A DNA stretch of 64,000 nucleotides from Cenococcum geophilum (GCA_050273025.1 CP158635.1:31992001-32056000); one strand, 5' to 3'. Positions 1 to 13,578 are shown, counted from the first letter of the stretch. Numbers and translations: made by a program. The notes: generated from the sequence alone by a model not told the origin.

Positions 1-250
1 GAGGTAAGCGAACCTATCATTGAATCCTGTTCGATTGCGATGACTAGCGGTAGAAACGCAACCCTCGAGGATTTCTGACTGAAGATGGATGGATAGTTCA
101 CAATTCAGAGCAGAGAAACAAAAGGTATAAAGAATTCAAAGCCAGCATCTCAGTCGTTTCGAGTTCTCTCGTTCGCTTAGACAGACTATCGAACGAGTGG
201 TATACCTGTGGTGGGGAGCCGACTGCGTTTCCGTGTGCATCGCAAGCCAG

Positions 251-718
251 TAGGGGGGTTTCGATGGAACGATATATTCGTTCGATATGATCGACGTACT
301 AAATATTTAGCGCTTACTTGACGTCAACTTCGTTAAATATCAATTTGTCATTTAGGGGTTTCGAGACAAATCATTGGGTGGTTGAAAAGGCTGGCTAGAC
401 GCGACTGAGACGGCGCCGTGTGCGCGGCGCAGCTGCTCCACCATATTAACGGTAGATTCGACACTACGTGTAGGATCAAAAGGCATGGTGGTAAAGGCAA
501 AATGTGGAAAATATGAGGCTATTTGGAGGGCTTGATCAAAACGTGTAAAAGGTCGAAGATTTCGATGTTATACAACATCGTTTCAAATGATACTTGCCAA
601 GAACCAGGTTCGATATTTTGAATGACTAACTAAATACTGCTAGTACGTGTCGATCGCTCGTTTCGACTTACTTACACTAAATATCGAACGAATATATCGT
701 TCCATCGAAACCCCCCTA
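251..718. mobile_element. MITE (non-autonomous TIR element), 38-bp perfect TIRs
   Basis: taggggggtttcgatggaacgatatattcgttcgatat (251-288) is the exact reverse complement of 681-718; no coding capacity; many internal TCGA motifs; no 8-bp TSD, terminal TA could be the TSD. Confidence 0.85.
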
Positions 719-1303
719 GTCTCGTAAGAGATTGACAGCTGTCATTCATATCAGGCTAGACACCACCTATCACTGCCCAATAGAGCTGAACACGACAAGA
801 GCTTGTCAAAGCTTATCAGATTTCCACGAATGACCTGATAACGCCAACCTCAGCGGCGTTCTCAAAACGCACCCCTTCATGATTCATGGGAAATAACTAA
901 CATGAAAATCGTACGCTAGGGCTGATAGATAGCTTTACTCCTTTTTTGCTTCAGTCTATGAACATTGAAGTGAGCGGTATAACAACTGCAAGAAAGTGCC
1001 ATCAAACAGCTCTCGGACAGCTGCTCACCCTTAATGAGCAGTACAATCACGAACCCTATGCTTTCGACCGTAGCTTTAATTCTTGAGTTCTTACCATATC
1101 ATTGGTACCGAGTTCGAAAATTTTAGGTTATGGCGCAGGCTTGGCTGGCTGACAGAAAGCCTTCCAACAAACCATCGAAAGCTATGTCGTTAAATTTTAT
1201 CTGTGATTCGATACTAAGTCGTAACTAAAATCCTCTAAATGCTTACGAAAAATATTGCTAATAATCTGAATGAGGCTATTTCTCAAACGTCCGAAGGGGT
1301 AAG

Positions 1304-1540
1304 TGTCGACCTGAATCGGACTTCCTTACCACCATCGTACTACTGTCTGACGACCTAGATCGTCTGTACGAACTATGTCTTAGTTGTCTCTCAACTTATG
1401 ACTAAATGTCTCATCGAATGTCTTATTACCTATTTTCTATTACCTATTTGACTCAGTTGCCTGGACCTACCTGATCTATGTAGAGAGCTTCTAGAGCCAT
1501 ATTCAATAGACCGAGTCCTCATCCTATTCTACGTTCAACA
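1304..1540. mobile_element. Solo LTR, family A copy 1
   Basis: TGTCGA...TCAACA ends, 5-bp TSD GTAAG on both sides; homologous to 3480-3919 and 28618-28875. Confidence 0.9.
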
Positions 1541-2514
1541 GTAAGTTACAGGCGTTACTAAATTGCCAGAGATCCAACTCAAGGTTTCAAAAGTGTTCAC
1601 TACTGCCAAGCGTAATACCGAGACCATCCAGATCTCAGCCCCATCCCGAGATCTAGAGTGCTCATAGGGCGGGGACTGCATGGAAGTCGGACATCAATCT
1701 TTCAACTCCGAGATGCAGGTCAGACGGCCCGCAGAGGCCCCGCTCTGGTTACTACTGCACGTGTTTTTGTGCTCAGCGATTGTACCTGCGTGAAGCGCTA
1801 ATGCACTAACGGCTGCACGTCGGGCCTCTTCTCACGCAAGACTGGGAGAATGAGGGCTCGGGATTGCGCTAGACTTGGCAACGGCATGCCACACAGCCTG
1901 TGCGAAAAGCTTCATTTCCGTCTAGCCAAAGAATCATTCCCTTTTGCTTCTTTCACGACTACCTCCGCTAACCTCTTCCGTTCCTCCGATCTAACCCTAA
2001 GGTCAAAATCGAACCATTTCGATCTCTTCCCTTCTGCATCTCTTGCCTTCTGCATCTTACAAGCTCAGGCGACACGAGTAACAAGTGAGCTTGAGCTGCG
2101 CTCGGCTACATTCCGGCCAGGGTAGATACAACTGCCAAAACCGAATGCGGAAATACTTGGAGGTTTGGAAAGGATGTGGAGAGGTTCTCGATAGGTAGCA
2201 TACTCCGGAGATAGTCAATGATCGGTATTGAAAATTTCTAGTGCGATAGAGGTCCGGTTCATTTTGGATTGCCCAAAAGGTTATGTCAAGAGCCGTAATA
2301 TGTGAAGAGGAAACTTGTTACTACTGATTTGCGTGAACACTGGTTGTCGCTGAAAGGAATAATCCATTGTACATGCCGTTTTTGACAAGCTGGTGAGGAA
2401 CTCCACCCGCCGTGCCTGGGTGCCAACATAACAGTTCATACGCTACGGCACGAACCACATGCATATCAAACATGTCATTAAACCAGGGAATGTTTTGTCG
2501 CCAACGATTCCATC

Positions 2515-3243
2515 CAGGGTGGGGAAAAATCTAATCGATCCGATTCGATACGATACGCGAGATCGTATCGTATCGAATCGTATCGATTGACTTTTTTCGA
2601 TACACCTACCAAAACAATACACCCCCAATAGCCCCACTAGTATAGCTCTAAATTATATAAATAAGGGCTTATTTTATAGTTTTAGAATAGAGCTATAAAA
2701 TAAGCCCCTATTTATATAATTTAGAGCCGTTTTGGTAGAGTTATGGGGGGGGGGGGGACTTACTGTCGGTCGCAAAATATTGGTAACTCGCCCAGAGCCG
2801 AACGTCGCGCATCTCCCACTCCATTAAAATAATATACCCCCATAACTTTACTAATATAGTTCTAACTTATATAAATAGTAACTGATTTTATAGCTTTACT
2901 TTAAAGCTATATTAATAGAGCTATAGGGGGTGTATTATTTTAATAGAGTGGGAGACGCGCGATGTTTGGCTCTGGGCGAGTTACCAATATTTTGCGACCG
3001 GTAGTAGGTCCCCCCTCCCATAACTCCACTAAAACGGCTCTAAATTATATAAATAAGGGCTTATTTTATAGCTCTAGAATAAAGCTATAAAATAGGCCTC
3101 TATTTATAAAACATATACCTATATTAGTGGAGCTATAGGGGGAATTCCAAGAAAATATCATGATATTTGATACGATACGGAATATCGTATCGATCGTGGA
3201 TCGTAGATCGTATCGAGATAAGATTAGATTTTTCCCAACCCTG
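2515..3243. mobile_element. hAT-type MITE with long internal foldback
   Basis: TIR cagggtggggaaaaatctaatc / gattagatttttcccaaccctg; 8-bp TSD ATTCCATC (2507-2514, 3244-3251); subterminal CGAT/ATCG repeats. Confidence 0.9.
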
Positions 3244-3479
3244 ATTCCATCTTCCTCATTTCGAACTCTCTTTTGTCATTCAGGATGATGGGTCATGGCC
3301 AGAATGAAATACATCATGGCCGCAGCGGTGGTTCCACTTCCAGTTTCAAAAAGAGTCACGATAACATGCGTCCCCTCCTCATCCTCCAGGCCACAATCCT
3401 GTCTGTTCTCGAAAAATACCCCGTTCCAAACACTCTCACCCGTTCCAAACACTCTCACGCCTTTCCATTATTCATCTTC

Positions 3480-3919
3480 TGTCGACCTGAATCAGACTTC
3501 CTTACCACCATCGTACTACCAGTGATCTTGTTGGACTGGAGCCAATTTGGACTGGACTGGACTGGAGCTGGATTACTAACCTTTATAGGCAACCGTTAGT
3601 CCTATTTAGGTTTAGCGTTCGTGGAGCTCCAGGAGCTTTGGAGTGGATTTGACCCCCAAATCCACTCCACTCCAATCCAACAAGATCACTGCGTACTACT
3701 GTCTGTCGACCTAGATCGTAGTGACGTACTTTGTCTTAGTTGTTTCCTAACTTATGACTAAATGTCTCATCGAATATCTCATTACCTGTTTCCATAAACT
3801 ACTACCGACTGAATGACGACGTCGTCGTCATTCTACTTGCCACCTACCTGATGTATATAGAGAGCTTCTAGAGCCCTCTTTAATAGACAGAGTTCTCATT
3901 CCTGATCGTCCGTTCAACA
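3480..3919. mobile_element. Solo LTR, family A copy 2 (contains a MITE)
   Basis: TGTCGA...TCAACA ends, TSD TCTTC; inserted in the P450 pseudogene. Confidence 0.9.
3520..3691. mobile_element. 172-bp hAT-type MITE nested in solo LTR
   Basis: 16-bp TIR cagtgatcttgttgga / tccaacaagatcactg; 8-bp TSD CGTACTAC; absent from the other two LTR copies; internal TGGAC/TCCAC pentamer repeats. Confidence 0.92.
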
Positions 3920-5125
3920 TCTTCTGTCGGACATCCTCGAGCAACTACGGAACGAAGGACAACTCCTCTTCGTACGATTTTCCTAAACTCTTGCTCAAAT
4001 GGAGAAATAGACTTTGGTACATATACTACTCCTAGGAATGTATCTACAAGCTCCAGGAGACGCAACCTGCTGAATGGCCTGCATAGCCTTCATAATGCGG
4101 CGGACGTGGTCCAATTTTCCCGTTTCGATAGTTTTTCTAAAGCCAATACGGAAGATGAGTCAAGAAGAATAATCCCTCAAACCACGTTTCGCAGTCTCTT
4201 GGTAAGCAGGTGAGGTAATGTAAAAGGTCGGTAGATTCAAGGACTTGTGTAGGCTCATACCTAATAAAAACGTCAATGGTTCAGTGCTCTATAGTATTTT
4301 AGAGGCTATTAAAGCTCGAGGAGTATTTCATACCTTCTTGCAGTAGTAGACACCGTTAGGCGATGCGCCAAACGCCTACCATGCCGCCAAACAGTTGCGC
4401 GAAAAACTAGTTAACATTTCAAATACCGACATTTGACAACACCTTCCCATTGTAGGGTATTAGTAGAGAACGTAAATTCACTCCCAAAAGTTGTGCTGCT
4501 GCTGGAGTCTGCTCTTGGCTAGAGTACAATGTTACTTTCTCGCGCAATAAGTCATTCGTGACCTTTTTCCGTCAAGCCCACATAGTGATCCCTTCCAGTG
4601 ATGCTGAGATGGAACAACGGGCTGTACTGATCTGTCCATTCCTTGAACTTAAGCCGCATGTGTGAAGAGAAATTTCCAGTAAATTTTCGACGAATATTTT
4701 TGCCTAAGGATAGTAAGTAAGGCTGACAACAGCGTAGGTTTAACATATCATATCTTCTCTTTGGGCCCAGGAGATAGCTGGGTGCCCGAGGGACACTGAG
4801 TACTCGAGTAAGGTTTGCGCCGTGAAATATGTATAAGCATTATTAGTACAGCTGCAGCGAGGATGGTTGAGACCATATGACAGGCTGTTATGAGGGTATT
4901 CAGTCTAATGTAAAATCTGAGTTTACCTGGATTTGTATCGGCGTTTTCGGAGCGGGCTTTCTGCACACAATTCTCCGCAGAGGGCCTCGAAATCGGACTC
5001 TACACCTGTACGAGGTTAGGCCTACGAACCTTCTGATCTTCGGATTCAGTAGAGCCAACGCAGAGACGTCGCATACAGTGCGCGGGTGGGGCCTGGCGGC
5101 TGTTAAGATGTTGTGGGTGGTAGTA

Positions 5126-7162
5126 CAGAGGACGGCCCAGAAAGAGATTTCTCCTTCCTATTTGGGAAAAGCGCGGTTTTAGTGCCAAGACCCCACCAAA
5201 ATATACCAAATTTTTGACTTCGAGCTTTATAAAAGCAACTCTACACCAACTTTTTCATAGAATTACCTCACTTAATCGCTTATAATATCCTCTACATACC
5301 TTCTACTGTTTTCCCTACTGTTTTTAAGCCCAAAATGCCTTACTACGGCCTTGCAACGAGGGCGCAGGCCGTAGTAATAAAGGCTTTGAATACACCCCTA
5401 AAACTAATTACTTAAGTTACTAGGATTAGCGGTAGGCACATCGGTAACCTAGTAAAAAAGGCAGTAGAGAATAGCTAGAATGCAAATTGGGTTCTCCTTA
5501 ATAACCACCTTAAGGATAAGCCCCGCATAGGGCGTACTAAAAAGATTACCCCAGATATTAAGTAGAGAGTCATTAACGCCATTATATACGATTATTACGG
5601 GCGTAAAAAAAGCAGTAAAAAAATCGCACGCGAAATAGGTATCTCTGCAGCGTCTATTTAAATTATACTTAAAAAGTATAGCTTCCGTAAAATAAAGCTA
5701 ATAAGGAAACCTAGATTAACTGCAGCTATAAAGAATAAACAATATAGATTTACACTGGCTTATTATTATTAGACGCTGGAAGATTAGAAGGCTATAATTT
5801 AGTTAGATAAGACAAGTATTGTTTTAGGCCACCGTTAAGGGGGCTATTAAGTATAGCGACAATTAAATAAGGCCTATATACGTAGCTACGTACAAGAGCG
5901 GTAGAAGGGGTACTCTAAGTTTATGTTTTAGGGTTGCTTTATATACGACTTTAAAGGCCCTTACTATATTTGGAAGCCCTAAATAAAGAAGAAATTTAAT
6001 AAATTAAAAGCTATTATTAAGATCTAGAATTAAGCTCTAGAGCCAGAGGTATACGAGGCCTAAAAGAAGAATTAAGCCGCTAAAAGGAGCTTATATAAAC
6101 TACGCTATAAGAGGCAAATAGGCGGCGCTCCTACTAAATAGAAGTTTACGGCGTTATACAGAGCTTTAACTTAATTAGATGGAGGTGGAATTAACTAGTG
6201 GCGATATTTAATAAATATTTTAATACTAAAGCTCCTTCTGTTTGCCTAGAGTCTTATATACTTAAATCCTAATACGATTATATAGGAAGATAAGGCTACT
6301 GCTTATATTGCAAAGATTTACTAAACCTACTTTAACGCTTATAAGATTCAGCGTCTTCTTTAGCTAGGTAATTCGCCTAATCTAAATATAATTAAGCCCT
6401 ACTAGGGCTACCTAAAACGGATTACTATAAAAAGAGGCCTACTTACCTCTCACGCAGCTGTAGAGAAGGCTTAGCTTAGAGCTTAGTAAGATCTTAAGCA
6501 GTAGTAAATTTAGCAGTGGATTAAGAGGATACCTCGCTATATTAAGAAGATTATAGAATTTAAAGGAGGCAACAATTATAGAGAGGGAGTAGATAAAAAG
6601 CAGCGAAGCCGGAAGCAGCTCCATAAGGAAGCCAATTATAAGCTCTCTATAATCGTTAAGGTGCTTAAAACAGGCTACGAGATATTACGCAATCACTGTA
6701 GTCTACCTGACGCCTATCTATAATTCTTCCTACCTATGCAGAGCCGTGAGGAAATTAAGGAGATCACTAAGGAAGAGTGGCAAAAATTAGCTAATTTAGT
6801 TGTTCCAAATCGACGTCAAAACACTTAAGGCTCTGGCTTAATTGTAGATCGACAGCTCTATAACTTGAGACCCCAAAGAAACGATCGTAATTAGGTAATT
6901 AAACGGGTAGAGAGCCAAGAACAACAGAGGCAATTAAGGCCTCGAAAACCTCGAAAGCCTGTAGAATATAAGGTGCGGTGGAACGAGGTCAATCAGGTAA
7001 ATGCTAGACACTAAAACACTACGTTTTGGAAGCTATATAGACAATATACTAGTATTAAAAGCTTCAATCAAGCTGATTGAGTTGATTTTGGTGGGGTCTT
7101 GGCGCTTAAAACCGCGCTTTTCCCAAATAGGAAGGAGAAATCTCTTTCTGGGCCGTCCTCCG
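5126..7162 (+). mobile_element. Tc1/mariner DNA transposon, RIP-inactivated
   Basis: ~80-bp TIRs, TA on both flanks; degenerate transposase from ATG ~5335 with relics of (W)SDE (~5800), QEDxA (~6285) and WPGNSPDLNxIE (~6361); many in-frame TAA/TAG. Confidence 0.92.
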
Positions 7163-8024
7163 TAATCTGTCCTGGGACTGCCTCTTCAGGTTTAGTGCCG
7201 TCCCTCGCTTATCCTTATCGGGCATCGCTCCTCGCCCATCAACCTGCTGCTTTTAACGTCTATAAAATGCTCGCCGTCCCGTCACCAGGCTTCTTCCCCA
7301 CTTCTTTCCCTTAACTCTCTAACTGTACCCTAGCGCCTCTACTACCAGTCAGCCCACGCCTTCTATGCCTCAGCTGGCCCCCCGTCTCATCTCCGCCCTC
7401 CAATTAAAAACTCGTTCTCAAACCAACCAATATGCTGCATAGCTTTCTTAATTTCCGGCTTATTGTCCCTTTTACTGCTGCATGCTGTGATGCTGCTAAA
7501 TACAACTTCCGCATAAGTCTGATTATCCGATAGCTTTAGTTAAGTTTAGTTTAGATGGGTTTTAACTCTAGAGTCTTCTCCCTCCGCTTTATTGCGTCTT
7601 TTCCAGCTCTCTTTCCAAAGCCCTTTAGTATTTGTTCTCGCTATCTGTAATGAATAATAATATTCGAGTCGAAATTCAAGAAAGACATAAAACACACTAA
7701 AGACACGATTGTTTACGCGCATCTACACCATAAAACCCTCTCAGGCCGGTTACCACCCGCAATGAGCCTACAAGAGGCCGCCAGCAGGCTATTGACTCCT
7801 CAGAGTCCAGTAACAATAACCACCCAAATCACACCACAGCACGCGCCCACTATACCACCTTAATAAATTGTGTTACTTTAAGAACTTAATAGCCGGAGCC
7901 GGATCGGCACGGCCTTCGATCTGATAAACCTCCACTCCAATCCGCCACTGCATTCGCGATGTTCCTTTTCGCACCACTCCTCTTTGCAATCAGCTCGGTC
8001 GCGCGGTCAACCCGGTGAATACCC

Positions 8025-10138
8025 TCAGACCATGTGTACGACCTGAGGCTTGCGGTCGTCAAAGAAACTCAAATCCCCATCTGACCATATTTCAAATCTT
8101 CCAACTCTCCTAAATCTGGTATGTCCAGAGTACACACCAGTAGAATCCAGAAGAAGACCAGTTGGACACACTTCAGGACCACCTTTCGGAAAGCATGGCG
8201 GGGCAGATGCCACAAGTAATGCCGACAGGCCCGTAATCTCCGCTGACTTAGGTGAGCTTTCAAGATCCAAGACGTCAAAACAGGCGTTGGCGACTTTCCT
8301 TCCACCGAGAACTATACTGAATGGATGTTTATGGTTTCCACCCGACGTGATAACGGTGGCAGGTCGATATTTTCCCAACAAAACTAGAAGTCCACTACTA
8401 ACACAGCCAAATGGGTTGTGTGTATCAACAGAAGTTCTGGCGTCGAGGATTTCACAGCGACCAGATGCATTCTTGTTCCAATCAGAGTTCCATTGGACAT
8501 AATTGTCGTGCGAAGCCCAACTCCAAGATGGGGCGCGATACTTGTCTGGCCTTCCTCCACACTCAGGCTTTGAAATCCATAAAAGACCTCGGATGAGATC
8601 TCTGCTCCACAAACCGGCCAGGTACTGATCTTCCGTCCTTTCAGCAAGAACTTGCGCTAATCCAGCAATAGCCGGTAGTTTATCTTTGGAATAAGTGAGA
8701 TCCCGGTCATTGTATTGGTCTATCAACGCGTACCAAGAGATGTACGGGTCCTGATACTTAATAAGGTTACTACAACGCTCGGATTGACAATAATATACGC
8801 ATTCACTACCCTCTACTCTGAGACTAGTCTGACACTGGATATAGGTTAGCCTTGTGGAGAAATAAAGTACTCTTCTCGCAAGGAAGTCTTCTTGGAAAGT
8901 CCAACCACGTTGATTCCATGTACTTTCGCGGACATCTGCGTAGAATTGATTTTGGCCTCCTTCACCAAAAGTCAGGTGAAAGGTCCCCTCCGTCATTGGA
9001 GTGTCCTTTGCAGTGTAAAGGATATCAAGGGATAATTGTGGTTGGATCCCACGGCGAAGAAACCCCTCGTGTGGGGATGTCGATGATGCGGCCACAACCG
9101 TGAGAACAGCATTCCTGTAGATCCGCTGCATGGCGGAAGATTCCTTTTGCCAATCAATGTCGTCATCTTGAATGATACATAGGCAGTCAATCCAGATGTA
9201 GTCAATTTGCAGTGCCCGAGTAACTTTGACCATATCTTGAAAACCTTGGGGCATTGTTTTGAGAGGAATTCCTGAGCAATGTTTCTCTACAGTTTTATTT
9301 TCTGTCTTAAGTGCATGCCTCGATGTTGGTAGAGATCCCCAGCAGTAGCTGAGGGCAGCATACCGATAATGTTGATTTTGTGCTGGCAACGGTAAGTTCT
9401 TTTGCGTAGTGATTATCAGATGCGGGTCGGGATAGCGTCTCCGTTTGCTATGACGACCCACATATATAAGTCTCGTAGGTAAAAATGTTTCCTCGGCTTT
9501 GCAATTGGGATGGGAATGGTCACATTCGTCTATCCATCCCCTCATCATTTTTATATTGGCCCTTGAAAGCCGAGGAATACAGATAGTCCTAAAGGGAATT
9601 CCGAAATAACTAGCTGCATGATTACCTAAAGGCATGTTAGGAGGGCAGTATACTAAATGGCACTACACAGAATAATACCTGGCTTGGTCATTAAATCAAA
9701 GGAGACGTAAAGACGCTCCCCCGCGAGTTCTTCACCTTGTCGGGAACTAAGGACGAGGAAAGCACGTAAGGTGTGCAGCCCAGTGAAATCTGAATATAGT
9801 ATGTCGTTTCGAAAACTGGGGTGGGTTGAGCAAAGATATGTAAGACCGTCCACAGTTATTTCATTACTGCCATCCGTATTATAGGACCATTCTTCAAAGT
9901 CGTCAACATATTTCCTATTGATGGATTCTTTTAGAAGACTACAGAATCCGCAACCAGCGGTTGCCGAGGCCGTAAGTGCTGGAAAGTCTGGGAAGGTGTC
10001 GGTCCGATTGTATTCGATATTTATTTCAGGTCCGTCGTATTCGAGTACAGTTTCACCCTGTTCCCGGATGATCTCCCCGCAACCCGGAGTTGTGGCGTCC
10101 ACGATTATGACTTTGCAGCATTCGCATAGTGTTATCAT
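8025..10138 (-). CDS. HET-domain (heterokaryon incompatibility) protein, ~686 aa, 2 exons
   Basis: YAALSYCWG, YIWIDCLCIIQD, MQRIYRNA, RGWTFQE, YLAGLW, APSWSWAS motifs; GT-AG intron 9626-9678 with CTAAC branch site joins the two ORFs in frame. Confidence 0.92.
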
Positions 10139-10398
10139 GATGCTTCCGATGTGCTAGTGGAGCCTGCCTGTTGCGCTTTCAGTTGGATTTGTTGAGATTG
10201 AAGACCTAAGGAAACGCATCAGCCTTGTTATCGGTTGGCCGGGAGCCTCGTTTAATCCCTAGGTGCGATTGCCTCCAAAAGCGGCAACAGAACCCTCCAA
10301 AAACGGAGGCGAAAGTCCCCGGACATAGAGTTACTGGAGTAAAAAGTTTTCATATGAGATGGTGAGATCTTGAAAACCACTACTAATGGTTACCCATT

Positions 10399-11180
10399 TA
10401 TAGTAGATAACCGCTACGTACTCCTATTCTAAGCCCTGTGTAATCCTCGTTGATACGACATAGATTCTAACGTCCCCTGACCCCTAATAGAAAGCATTGA
10501 CGACCTTATATCAACGAACGAGCGAACAAACGAACGAATAAATATACCCCCCTCCTAACCCTTAGGGCAATCGCCCGCGGAGCATGCGGTCACTCGCCAT
10601 TAACTACTAAATACTGCGTAGTAGCCTGGATTACCCCCTACAGTTAGCCTTATCTCCTCTCTGCGATTAGTTACCCTAGAGAGGGCCTAGCAGCTAGGAC
10701 CTAGGCACAAAAGATAACTAGAGCATATATACATATCCCGCTCGCTTTTCGGTATCGGTAGTTAGAATAGATAAATCCCCCTTACGCCATCGATAGGCCT
10801 TAGGGGGGGAAGTAGGGCGTATATAGTAATAGTCTATAGGAGATAGCATACAGGGGACATATATATGATACGGGAAACTACAGGCGCATGGCAATTAACA
10901 GCAAGGCCTAGCTAGGACGTAGTGAACCCTAGCTACAGATAAGTTGTAAGAAGGAAGTAGTAGTTACTAAGGAGATCTAACATCCAATAGAGGTTGGGAC
11001 GTAGCTATAGGGGCTGCGTGGACCGTAGCTACGTGCGGAAATAGTAAATCGGGGCTTTTTATCCTACTAGGGTGGCTTATAGGGTTTTTCCTCCCCCCAA
11101 TATACCAGGGGTTTTCCTGTCAATATAAGTTTCGCATATAGGATCCGTATCAGACGTTAATCAAAGATCATACTACTACA
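10399..11180. repeat. Probable RIP-degenerate repeat relic (unclassified)
   Basis: TpA/TAG-enriched relative to flanks; possible ends tatagtag...ctactaca; no convincing TSD or protein motif. Confidence 0.35.
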
Positions 11181-11845
11181 ATTCTCGGTAGATGCGTTTT
11201 GAAAGAAGGGTGAGTAACGGAACCACCTTGCTAGGAATTCCATTTAGAAAGTAAGAGCAAGTTTAGTTTAGGTACTAGGTAAGGGTGGGAACGGTTATGG
11301 GGCTAACATCAATGATTATGGGGTATCCGACGTCAAGAAGTCGCTCTATCGGCATTGCCGTCACTCATGCAGAAGAATCATAACTCGCAACGACCGGGCA
11401 TAATACGCATGGTCCGTTAACTTTGTACTTTAGGTATGAGCGCCGTGGGTTGAATAAGAGGGTCGTTGTGGTTGAAGAGCATATGTACACCGCTATCCCT
11501 TAACCCGCCAGAATTCGTCCTACCGTTATCGATAAAAACTAGCCAATCAGATCACACATTGGTTTCACTCTGGTGTTCAAGCACGGACCGGCTTCTGGTA
11601 GGACATCGGCGGGTTAAGGGATACTGTAACAAGAGCTGCGTTACTCTGTTGGGGCGTGTCATCTAGTGTGCGACAGTAATTTACTGAGTGTCTAGCCTTG
11701 AGAGGTGCACCTTAAATAGGTCCTAAGGAAACATGCTGAGGCCTTCAAATAGGTTTGAGCGCTGTTTGCGGTTCGTTTTGGCCAGTGTTTGTTATGGAGA
11801 ACGTGTCTCAACAATACGGGTTCTGTAAATAGCTCCTTGTGTTGA

Positions 11846-13277
11846 TTACTGGATTTTAGGTGCTGCAAAAATATGGTTTGCGGGATCGTTCACAGTTGCA
11901 ATATCTTCAAGGGCAATACCAAGAATCCAGATGTTGACAATGAAGAACAAAATACTGGATGCCCACAGCCCCGGAACAAACGATGAGGTTCCTAAGAACT
12001 CAAGCCGGTAACCCTGTTGCAGCCAAATGATCTGTGCAGCTTCAGTGAAGGTTCAAGCATTTAGTCGGCGATTCATCGTTTTGACGTACCTGGCCTAGGA
12101 TCCAAAGGATCCCTGCAGCAATTCCAGTGGATGGTTTCCGCAGCAATGTAGATGATGGGAGGTAGAAAGGTAAAAACATAATGTACCAGAGGAAGTACTA
12201 ATAACAATAATCAACAAGGGGTCTACATTTTAGAGTGAAAACATTCACCTGGCTTGTGCACACCTTATTGAAGGTAACGAAAGTAAAGGTTTGCGCAAGC
12301 ATTGTTGATGGCAGGTCTTTCTTCGCAAGGGCCAGAGGAATGGCTACAGCACTGAGAAACAGCTGAGGAAGGAAGGCTAATGATTCGAGCTTGACGGTGG
12401 AGTTTCCGGTCGGAGAGGAGTTTAAATAAAGTAGGGTGTTGTACGGTGAGAAGTTATGGCGATGGTCGATGCGAGTCAGGTGATGAAAATAACTGTGTTG
12501 AAGAAAAGGCCACCCATACCTGCGTGAAATATTAGTACAACGAAAATACAGTTTTGAATAAGCCACTCACATGTAGTACATGAGAGAATTTAACGTCGTG
12601 AAGGTAAATAAGCTGTACATCACTAGTGCGATTCTAGCGGAATTGATGAAGCCAATGGCGCGACTGTGTAGAGTCTTCGAATGGATTGAGGGAGCGCCAC
12701 GCGCATGCTCCTCATCTAGCCACCATATTATAGATGTGGCATAAATAAAAGGGTATATCTTGAAATGCACAGCAAATCCGAGGAGAAGGCCAGCGAGTTG
12801 AATTCTCCTTGAAAGAACAGCCCAAAGCAAAGCAGAAACAACAACACCCAGGAGACCCTCAGAGCTTCCTCTAGTACTGATTTGCGCAACCATTGGGTTA
12901 AGCAGCCATATGCTCGCGAACTTCAGAGCTCTGTCTTTAGGCATTTTACCAGACGAGCGCAAGATGAGTAGAATTAGCCAGCCGGCGACAATGTCTCCAA
13001 TAGCAAAAAGTATCTTGCCGAATGAGAACCATTTGCCTTGCCATGTTATGGGATAAATGAACCAAGCGAGCAAAGGCGTGTATCGGTAAGTGTCCCTTGT
13101 GTAAGGGGACTGGCTTTGGGAAATAAAGCGCGCCGCATCGGTAAAAACAAAGTAATCAATATCCGTATACTTCATCGGAGAGAAGGCATCTTGGAGAGAT
13201 CCGTACACGAGAAGTACGGCCCGCAATATCGCGGCAGCAGAGAAAACAAAACGAGGACTTGAAAAAAATTGAACCAT
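11846..13277 (-). CDS. GPI14: GPI mannosyltransferase I (PIG-M), 4 exons
   Basis: KYTDIDY, YRYTPLLAW, ISTRGSSE, HFKIYP, DHRHNFSPY, FNKVCTSQYF motifs; introns 12520-12570, 12198-12248, 12032-12089; stop at 11846-11848. Confidence 0.95.
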
Positions 13278-13578
13278 GATTATCAGTGGTGATTAGTTGA
13301 GCTAGGAACAATTTGAAATCGAAGCACGATAAGGAACAAAATGATGCGGGCGGGACGGAATTGAGCGAAACAAGTGGCAATGAAACCGAAAATCCAAGAA
13401 CCGCTCTCAGAAACGAGAATGCCGGTGTCGACCAACGCTGGAAAGGCGATGTGGGGTTACCAAGAACGCCAAGCTTGAGCGTTATTTTTTCGCGGAGAAA
13501 GTGCGTCATTCTCGACATTACCTAGATAGTCTCAGTCTCGTGCCTTCTGTTTCCTCACACTCCGTTCTCAAACAACTG

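Larger units (their letters stand above)
1912..4876 (-). pseudogene. Cytochrome P450 pseudogene, fragmented
   Basis: N-terminal hydrophobic anchor plus LSPGPK (~4760-4876), KFKEWTDQY, I-helix-like ETGSGTTAAAMMYFILAMTHHPE (3276-3360), degenerate K-helix (~2410-2450), heme-loop remnant AFGFGSCIYPG (~2115-2150, Cys lost); stops, frameshifts and two insertion sites. Boundaries approximate. Confidence 0.85.

Noticed and set aside
7170..7900. Possible gene or TE relic between the Tc1 and the HET gene
   Set aside because: No termini, TSD or identifiable protein motif
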